Part shown: in pieces, positions 25,832 to 32,000 of the stretch
Layout: each line of letters opens with the position of its first letter
Numbering within the stretch: position 1 is the stretch's first letter
Source: Rhodobacter capsulatus SB 1003
GTDB lineage: Bacteria > Pseudomonadota > Alphaproteobacteria > Rhodobacterales > Rhodobacteraceae
Length of the DNA: 32,000 bases
Direction: 5' to 3'
NCBI RefSeq assembly: GCF_000021865.1
Contig: NC_014035.1
Coordinates: 60,001 to 92,000, forward strand
Notes under the pieces: generated by a model
Databases searched by the model: none
What the model was told of the DNA's origin: nothing
Seen by the model: the letters and a program-made list of their open reading frames with translations, nothing else
Position numbers and translations under genes: made by a program

Positions 25832-26933
25832 GGCACCTCCCATCTTGCCCGGCGATGACGACGAAGACCCCGTCACCGGCCGCAGCGGCATCGAGATTCG
25901 CAATCTTTACAAGATTTTCGGCCCGGAACCCGAACGCCACATTGCCGCCGTGAAAGCCGGGCTGAGCAAGGCCGAGCTGAACCGCAAGCACGGCCATGTG
26001 TTGGGCCTGACCGACATTTCCCTGTCGATCCCGCCCGGCAAGATCACGGTCATCATGGGGCTGTCGGGGTCGGGCAAGTCGACGCTGATCCGGCATATCA
26101 ACGGCCTGATCGCGCCCACCACGGGCGAGGTGATCCATGACGGCGCCGATGTCTGCCGGATGAGCCCGAAAGATCTGCGCGCGTTCCGCCGCCACAAGAC
26201 GGCGATGGTGTTTCAGAAATTCGCCCTGCTGCCGCATCGCACCGTTTTGGGCAATACCTGCTACGGGCTGGATATTCAGGGCGTGCCCCGATCCGAAAGC
26301 GAGCCCGTGGCCCGGCGCTGGATCGCGCGCGTCGGGCTGAAGGGCTACGAGGGGGCCTACCCCGCGCAGCTTTCGGGCGGCATGCAGCAGCGCGTCGGCC
26401 TTGCGCGGGCGCTGAGCACCGATGCCGACATCCTTTTGATGGACGAGGCCTTCTCGGCGCTGGATCCGCTGATCCGCCTCGACATGCAGGCGATCTTGCT
26501 GGAATTGCAAAGCGAACTGCGCAAGACCATCGTCTTCATCACCCACGACCTCGACGAGGCCCTGCGGCTGGGCGAGCGCATCGCCATTTTGCGCGACGGG
26601 CGGCTGGAACAGGTCGGCACCGGACAGGACATCGTGCTGCGCCCGGCCAACGACTACATTGCCGCCTTCGTGCGCGAGGTGAACCGGGCCCGGGTGATCC
26701 GCGCGGCAACCGTGGCCCGCCCGGTGGTTGCGGGGGCAAAGCTGCCCGAATTTGCCGTTCCGGGCCCGGAGGTTCTGGAAACCGTTGCCCGGCAGATGAC
26801 GGCGGCGGGCGTCAGCCACGCCCGCGTTCTGGGGCGGCGGGGACAGGTGCGGGGCACCATCGCCATCTCCGACGTTCTGACCGCAATGGTGACCCCCGCT
26901 GCCGCGCCGGAACACGACCTTACGAAAGGATAG
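25824..26933 (+). CDS. proV: Betaine ABC transporter ATP-binding protein
   Basis: GLSGSGKST Walker A, LSGGMQQRVGLARAL signature, ILLMDEAFSALD Walker B, and a C-terminal CBS-like region. The start overlaps the proW end by 8 nt. Confidence 0.9.
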   Translation: MTEAPPILPGDDDEDPVTGRSGIEIRNLYKIFGPEPERHIAAVKAGLSKAELNRKHGHVLGLTDISLSIPPGKITVIMGLSGSGKSTLIRHINGLIAPTTGEVIHDGADVCRMSPKDLRAFRRHKTAMVFQKFALLPHRTVLGNTCYGLDIQGVPRSESEPVARRWIARVGLKGYEGAYPAQLSGGMQQRVGLARALSTDADILLMDEAFSALDPLIRLDMQAILLELQSELRKTIVFITHDLDEALRLGERIAILRDGRLEQVGTGQDIVLRPANDYIAAFVREVNRARVIRAATVARPVVAGAKLPEFAVPGPEVLETVARQMTAAGVSHARVLGRRGQVRGTIAISDVLTAMVTPAAAPEHDLTKG

Positions 26934-26936
26934 ATC

Positions 26937-27338
26937 ATGGATGCGGAAAATCCCGAAAACTGGTTCAGCGAGGCCGTCGCCACATTGGGGGATCGGCTGA
27001 CGGCCGCGCGTGAAAATGCCGGGCTCTCCTGCGCCGAAGCCGCAAGCTGCCTCGGCATTTCTGTCGAGACATATACCAGCTGGGAACAGGACTCCGCTTT
27101 CCCAAGGGCAAGTCTTTGTCACATGATCGCGGGGCTCTTCGGCGTCTCTCTGGCGTGGTTGCTGACCGGCGAAAGTCTTGGCGTCGAGCCACCGCAAAAC
27201 GACCTGCCCGCGCAGGGTCCCTGCCTGCCGTCCACCGATGCCGATCTGCGCTGCATGCGCGAAGACATGGCCGAAACCCGTCTTCGGGTGCAGCAGATTG
27301 ACGAACGGCTCCAAAGGATTCTGCTGCACCTGGAATGA
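26937..27338 (+). CDS. XRE-family (Cro/C1-type HTH) transcriptional regulator with a predicted helical C-terminus
   Basis: LGDRLTAARENAGLSCAEAASCLGISVETYTSWEQDSAFPRASLCHMIAGLFGVSLAWLLTGE. It starts 3 nt after the proV stop. Confidence 0.75.
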   Translation: MDAENPENWFSEAVATLGDRLTAARENAGLSCAEAASCLGISVETYTSWEQDSAFPRASLCHMIAGLFGVSLAWLLTGESLGVEPPQNDLPAQGPCLPSTDADLRCMREDMAETRLRVQQIDERLQRILLHLE

Positions 27339-27371
27339 TCGCGCGACAGGCCGCCGTTCTGCCTCCCGTAG

Positions 27372-27554
27372 GCATTGTTGCAGACCTCTGACCGTGGAGG
27401 ATTCACAGTGCGAATCCATGCGCTGGAATTCACGCCAGGCAGCGACAGTGACAGCCCCGTGCTGCCAGATGTGCTCGGCCGGAGCGTCGCGATCCTGCTT
27501 GATGTCGCGCGCTCGACCGAAAGCGCGGTTTCGGGCCGGGCGGTTTCGCGGTGA
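27372..27554 (+). mobile_element. Short relic resembling the central part of an IS5-family DDE transposase
   Basis: An unlisted frame reads GGFTVRIHALEFTPGSDSDSPVLPDVLG. This matches the pattern (E)I(R)A(V)E(F)T...GD(S)PxLPxLL that I recall from IS5-group transposases. There are no flanking inverted repeats and no remainder of the gene. Confidence 0.35.
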
Positions 27555-27615
27555 TCCCCCATGCAGGCCATCTGACCGCCGCCCTGCCCGAGATCTGGCG
27601 CCATCTGGGGGGCGC

Positions 27616-28314
27616 CTAACGCGCCCAGGACTGGCCCGGATCTTCCTCGACATAGTCGCGCAGCAGCGCCACATCCTCGATTTCCGCCACCGACTGGCGC
27701 ACCTGCACGCCCTTTTCGCGCAGCCGGGCAAAGGCGCGGCTCAGGCTTTCGGGCTTCATCCCCAGACGCCCGGCGATCAGCACCTTGTCATAGGGCAGCA
27801 CGACCGCACAGGGGCCGCGCTCCTCGCTCACATGTTCAAGCAGGAATTCCGCCACGCGCTGCGCCCCCGACCGCGCCTTCAGCTGCTCGATCTGCCCGAC
27901 CAGCCGGTGCAGATGCGCGAAGGTCGCCGCCAGCAGCGACACCGCCAGCCCGGGCTGGCGTTCGATCAGCCGCAGGATTTCCGCCGTCTCGATCCGCACC
28001 AGCACGACATCGGTCGCCGCCTCGGCCGAGACCGGATAGACGCCGCCGGTAAAGGCCACCGCCTCGCCGAAACTGTCGCCGCGGGTAAAGACGCTGACCA
28101 CCGCCTCCGAGCCGTTCGGCGCGACGCGGTAAAGCTTCACCCAGCCGTCGATCACCATATAGACCGCCGTGGCGGGATCGCCCTGCAGGAAGATCGTCGC
28201 GCCGCGATCAAGGCTGCGTTCATGCGCGCCGGTCAGGATCAGATCCTGCGCCGGTTTCGGCACGGCCCGCAGCAGCAGGGATTTCCGGGCAATCCGGTCG
28301 GCATCGGGTTTCAT
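27616..28314 (-). CDS. Crp/Fnr-family transcriptional regulator, NnrR/Dnr-like (no N-terminal Cys cluster)
   Basis: cNMP-like barrel (FLQGDPATAVYMVIDGWVKLYR). The C-terminal HTH is LPYDKVLIAGRLGMKPESLSRAFARLREKGV. Confidence 0.85.
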   Translation of the reverse strand: MKPDADRIARKSLLLRAVPKPAQDLILTGAHERSLDRGATIFLQGDPATAVYMVIDGWVKLYRVAPNGSEAVVSVFTRGDSFGEAVAFTGGVYPVSAEAATDVVLVRIETAEILRLIERQPGLAVSLLAATFAHLHRLVGQIEQLKARSGAQRVAEFLLEHVSEERGPCAVVLPYDKVLIAGRLGMKPESLSRAFARLREKGVQVRQSVAEIEDVALLRDYVEEDPGQSWAR

Positions 28315-28397
28315 CGGCGGCGGTCTCCTTCACCGGGTTATCGCATGACCGCAGCGCCGGCGAAAGCCGCCGCGACAGGTCCGCGGGGCGTTCTGCG

Positions 28398-30098
28398 TCA
28401 CCCCGCCAGCCGCGCATAAAGCCCGCCCCGCGCCAGCAGCGCCGCATGCGATCCGATCTCCTGCACGCGGCCGTCTTCCATCACCACGATGCGATCCGCC
28501 GCCCGGATCGTGCCCAGCCGATGCGCGATCACCAGCGTCGTGCGGCCCCGCGACAGCGCCTCGAGCGCGGCCTGAATCTCGCGTTCGGTCTCGCTGTCAA
28601 GCGCCGAGGTCGCCTCGTCCAGGATCAGGATCGGCGGATTCCGCAGGAAGGCCCGGGCGATGGCGACGCGCTGTTTCTGCCCGCCCGAGAGCATCACGCC
28701 GCGTTCGCCCACCAGCGTCTCCAGCCCCTCGGGCAGCGCCGCGATCAGCGCGGAAAGCTGCGCCTTTTCGGCGGCGGCCCGAATCTCGGCCTCGGTGGCG
28801 TCCAGCCGCCCATAGGCGATGTTTTCGCGCAAGCTGGTGCCGAACAGGAACACGTCCTGACTGACGATGCCGATCTGGTTGCGCAAGCTTTCAAGCGTCA
28901 TCGCATGAAGCGGCAGGCCGTCGATGCGGATGGTGCCGCTGTCGGGGTCGTAAAACCGCGGCAGCAGCGCCAGAAGCGTGGTTTTTCCCGCGCCCGAGGG
29001 GCCGACAAAGGCCACCGTCTCGCCCGCGGCGATGCTCAGCGACACGTCTTGCAGCACCGGGCGGGCAGCGTCATAGCCGAAGCGCACGCGGTCGAAGGTG
29101 ATGGCCCCGCGCAGGGCTGTCACCGGGCGGGCATCGGGGGCGTCGGCGATCTCTGTTTCGGTTTCCAGAAGTTCCAGATAGCGGCGAAACCCCGCGATGC
29201 CCTTCGGATAGGTCTCGATCACCGCGGCGATCTTTTCCAGCGGGCGGAAGAACACCCCCACCAGCAAAAGAAATCCGACGAAGCCGCCGGTGCTCAGGCT
29301 GCCCGCCAGCACGAAGCCCGCGCCCGCCACCATCACCACCACCTGCACGAAGCGCAGCCCCATGTAATGGATCGCGCTCGAGACCGCCATCAGCCGGTAG
29401 GCCTGCAGTTTCGTGGCGCGATAGGCGCGGTTGTCGCGGTCGAACAGCCGTTCCTCGTGGCGCTCGTTGGCAAAGGCCTGCACCAGACGGATGCCGCCCA
29501 CGGCTTCCTCCAGCCGGACGTTGAACTGCCCGACGCGGCCATAGATCTCTTGCCAGGTCCGGGTCATCCGCCCGCCATAGACCGCGACCAGCCAGACCGT
29601 CAGCGGCACGATCGCGGCGGTGATCAGCGCCAGCACGGGATGCAGCGCCGCCATCAGCGCAAAGGCGCCGACAAAGGTCATGATCGCGATGAACAGATCC
29701 TCGGGGCCGTGATGGGCCAGCTCGCCGATATCCTCCAGATCGCGGGTGACGCGGGCGACCAGCTTGCCGGTGCGGGCGCGGTCATACCAGCGCCACGACA
29801 GCCGCGTCAGATGCGCAAAGGCCTGGCGGCGCATCTCGGTCTCGATCTCGATGCCCAGCATGTGGCCCCAGTAGATCACGATCCCCATCAGCACGGTGTT
29901 GAGCGCATAGACCGCCAGCAGCGCAGCGGCGGCGGCGATCGTCAGCGACCAGTCCCCCAGCGGCAAAAGCCGGTCGATGAAAAAGGTGATCGCCAGCGGA
30001 AAGGCCAGTTCCAGCAGCCCCGAGGCGACGGCAGAGCCGAAATCGAGCCAGAACAGGCGCCGGTGCGGGCGGTAATGGGCGATGAACTTGCGCAGCAT
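28398..30098 (-). CDS. ABC exporter, fused transmembrane + ATPase (MsbA/ABCB-like)
   Basis: Six-TM N-terminal domain, GPSGAGKTT Walker A, LSGGQKQRVAIARA signature, ILILDEATSALD Walker B. Start at the ATG at 30098 (MLRKFIAHYRPH). Confidence 0.85.
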   Translation of the reverse strand: MLRKFIAHYRPHRRLFWLDFGSAVASGLLELAFPLAITFFIDRLLPLGDWSLTIAAAAALLAVYALNTVLMGIVIYWGHMLGIEIETEMRRQAFAHLTRLSWRWYDRARTGKLVARVTRDLEDIGELAHHGPEDLFIAIMTFVGAFALMAALHPVLALITAAIVPLTVWLVAVYGGRMTRTWQEIYGRVGQFNVRLEEAVGGIRLVQAFANERHEERLFDRDNRAYRATKLQAYRLMAVSSAIHYMGLRFVQVVVMVAGAGFVLAGSLSTGGFVGFLLLVGVFFRPLEKIAAVIETYPKGIAGFRRYLELLETETEIADAPDARPVTALRGAITFDRVRFGYDAARPVLQDVSLSIAAGETVAFVGPSGAGKTTLLALLPRFYDPDSGTIRIDGLPLHAMTLESLRNQIGIVSQDVFLFGTSLRENIAYGRLDATEAEIRAAAEKAQLSALIAALPEGLETLVGERGVMLSGGQKQRVAIARAFLRNPPILILDEATSALDSETEREIQAALEALSRGRTTLVIAHRLGTIRAADRIVVMEDGRVQEIGSHAALLARGGLYARLAG

Positions 30099-30112
30099 CT
30101 TTTGTCTTTCGC

Positions 30113-30880
30113 TCAGGCAGGCAGGGCGACGGGATGGCCGCCCAGCGTCGTCACGGTCATCGGCAGGCCATAGACCCGGGCCAGCGCCTCGGGGGTCAGC
30201 AGATCGCCGAGGGGGCCGTTCAGCACCAGCCGCCCGCCCTCCAGCGCCACCACCCGGTCGCAAAACCGCGCCGCCATGTTCACGTCATGCAGCACGATCA
30301 CCGCCGAAAGCCCGCTGTCGCGGCACATCGCCTGCACAAGGCCCAGCACCTCGACCTGATGCGCCACATCCAAGGCCGAAATCGGCTCGTCCAGCAGCAG
30401 CGTCCGCGCGCCCTGCGCCAGCATCATCGCGATCCAGCCGCGCTGCCGCTCGCCCCCGGAAAGCGTGTCGACCAGCCGCTCTTCCAGCCCGGTCAGGCCG
30501 CAGCGGCGGATCGCCCCGGCGACGGCGGCGTGATCCTCGGGGCGAAAGCGGCCAAGCGCGCCGCGCCAGGGATACCGCCCCAGCGCCACCAGCTCGGCCA
30601 GCCGCATCCCCTCGGCCGGGGGGGTGACCTGCGGCAGACAGGCCAGCGCCCGGGCCAGATCGCGGCGCGGCCATTGCGAAAGCGGCCGCCCCAGATGCGT
30701 GATCTGCCCCGCCGTGGGCCGGACCTGCCCCGAGATCAGCTTCAGCAGCGTCGATTTCCCCGATCCGTTGCGCCCGATCAGCGCGGTGACGCAGCCCGGG
30801 TGCAGCGTCAGATCAAGCCCGTCGATCAGCCGCCGCCCGGGCACGTCGAAGCACAGGTCCCGCAGGGTGAAAAGCGTCAT
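30113..30880 (-). CDS. Iron-siderophore-type ABC importer ATPase (FhuC/FecE-like)
   Basis: GRNGSGKSTLLK, LSGGERQRGWIAMMLAQ, LLLDEPISALD, VIVLHDVNMAARF. The start at 30880 overlaps the upstream permease stop (ATGA). Confidence 0.9.
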   Translation of the reverse strand: MTLFTLRDLCFDVPGRRLIDGLDLTLHPGCVTALIGRNGSGKSTLLKLISGQVRPTAGQITHLGRPLSQWPRRDLARALACLPQVTPPAEGMRLAELVALGRYPWRGALGRFRPEDHAAVAGAIRRCGLTGLEERLVDTLSGGERQRGWIAMMLAQGARTLLLDEPISALDVAHQVEVLGLVQAMCRDSGLSAVIVLHDVNMAARFCDRVVALEGGRLVLNGPLGDLLTPEALARVYGLPMTVTTLGGHPVALPA

Positions 30881-32000
30881 GCGCGCCCCTTTCGCAGCAG
30901 AAGGACGAAAAGCCAGGGCCCGCCGATCAGCGTTGCGCAAAGGCCCAGCGGCAGGTCATAGGGGCTGGCCAGGGTGCGGGCGGCAAAGGCGGCAAGCAGC
31001 ATCAGAAGCGCGCCGATCAGCCAGCTTGCGGTGACAAAGGGCACCGGCCGCACCAGGCCAAGGCTGCGCGCCAGATGCGGCGCCATCAGGCCCACGAAGC
31101 TGACCGGCCCGACAAGGATCGTCGCCGCGCCGGTGGCCAGCCCCGCCAGCAGGATCAGCCCCGGCCGCAGCGGCGTCAGGGGCAGGCCAAGCGCGCGGCA
31201 GAGGGCCGGGCCAAGCGGCAGGATCTCGAGCCAGCGGGCGGCCAGCAGCAGCGCCGCCAGCAGCGCCGCGGCCGCCGCGGCCAGGGCCAGCGCCGCCGCG
31301 GGCGTCACCGCCGCGGCACTGCCCGCCAGCCAGCCCAGGATCGCCCAGGCGCGCGGATCGCCGGTGGCGATGATCGCCGCCAGCACGGCCGAGGCAAAGG
31401 CGCCGATCGCGAGGCCCGCCAGCAAAAGCCGGGCCGGGGCGATGTCGCGGCCAAAGGCGAGGGCAGAGAGGCCCGCCAGCGTGACGGCACCGCCAAGCCC
31501 GGCGCCAAGGGCGAGCGCCCCCGGACCCGGCGCGGTCTGCAGGAACAGCGTCGCCGCATAGCCAAGCGCGGCGCCGCCGGTGACGCCCAGCACCTCGGGC
31601 GCGGCCATCGGATTGGCGGTCAACCGCTGCAGGATCGCCCCCGCCCCGGCCAGAAGCGCGCCCGCCGAAGCCGCCGCCAGAAGCGCCGTTGCCCGCAGCG
31701 GCAGGAAGCTGGCGCAAAGCCCGGGCGCGATCACGCCCCAGCCCGCCGGGCCGCGGCCGAGGACCAGCGTCAGCGCCGCCGCCGCCAGCAGCAGCCCGGC
31801 GAGCAGCGCCAGCCCCCGCGCGGGATGGCGGGCACGACGGGGCGGAGCCGCCCCGGTCTCGAGGGGGGGCGGCACATGGGTCGGCATCCGCGGCAGAAGC
31901 CACAGCAGAAGCGGCCCGCCGATCAGGCCGGTCAGCGCGCCGGTGGGCAGGTCGGGACCGCCAAGCGCCGCGACGGCCAGCAGCAGGCTGTCGGCCAGCG
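30877..32000 (-). CDS. FecCD-family permease, C-terminal half of a fused double-domain FhuB-type protein (5' end beyond the window)
   Basis: The frame stays open upstream of the listed ATG. Residues LTGLIGGPLLLWLLPR (end of a first FecCD domain) run in frame into a linker. A second FecCD domain follows (RLTANPMAAPEVLGVTGGAALG...TLIGGPWLFVLLLRKGRA). Confidence 0.8.
   Translation of the reverse strand, partial: LADSLLLAVAALGGPDLPTGALTGLIGGPLLLWLLPRMPTHVPPPLETGAAPPRRARHPARGLALLAGLLLAAAALTLVLGRGPAGWGVIAPGLCASFLPLRATALLAAASAGALLAGAGAILQRLTANPMAAPEVLGVTGGAALGYAATLFLQTAPGPGALALGAGLGGAVTLAGLSALAFGRDIAPARLLLAGLAIGAFASAVLAAIIATGDPRAWAILGWLAGSAAAVTPAAALALAAAAAALLAALLLAARWLEILPLGPALCRALGLPLTPLRPGLILLAGLATGAATILVGPVSFVGLMAPHLARSLGLVRPVPFVTASWLIGALLMLLAAFAARTLASPYDLPLGLCATLIGGPWLFVLLLRKGRA

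Noticed and set aside
23362-27731. Minus-strand ORFs 23362..25065 (567 aa) and 25716..27731 (671 aa)
   Set aside because: Antisense to proX/proW/proV/XRE. Low-complexity Arg/Gly/Pro-rich translations.
28446-30961. Plus-strand ORFs 28446..30173 (575 aa) and 30134..30961 (275 aa)
   Set aside because: Antisense to the ABC exporter and the FhuC-like ATPase, both of which carry canonical Walker/signature motifs on the minus strand.

Overview
High-GC (about 65%) window with alphaproteobacterial (Rhodobacteraceae-like) gene content; the taxon is an inference. From left to right:

- **Denitrification end (1-4543):** nosZ (partial), nosR, a DUF2946-like Cys-rich gene in the nosC position, and a divergent nsrR-like Rrf2 regulator.
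- **Composite arsenic island (4758-12307), four units:** (a) arsR-acr3. (b) arsR(CVC)-ArsP-like permease-thioredoxin-like CxxC protein-rhodanese with a Cys-rich tail. (c) arsR::arsC fusion-GAPDH-arsJ. (d) An HTH_17/PBP_like (TunR-type) regulator interrupted by an in-frame TAG.
- **Disrupted TSUP/TauE gene.**
- **Islet of about 3.9 kb (13393-17292):** lower GC at its left end, bounded by 61-bp imperfect direct repeats. It carries an overlapping OLD-family ATPase/TOPRIM nuclease plus UvrD-like helicase pair (Gabija-like / class 2 OLD). This is the best candidate for a defence system here.
- **Cupin-Zn-ADH-SDR operon** with a divergent LysR regulator.
- **Scrambled, decaying block (20950-23850):** an aldo/keto reductase split into oppositely oriented halves, a frameshifted NmrA-like gene and a truncated SnoaL-like gene.
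- **proXWV-type betaine ABC importer** followed by a tightly coupled XRE regulator, then a short IS5-type transposase relic.
- **Crp/Fnr (NnrR/Dnr-like) regulator,** an ABC exporter, and a FhuC/FhuB-type siderophore importer (partial).

Many long ORFs in the track are antisense or out-of-frame shadows typical of high-GC DNA and were rejected. I saw no rRNA, tRNA or CRISPR array. All calls rest on reading the translated ORFs and manual alignment; no database search was run.
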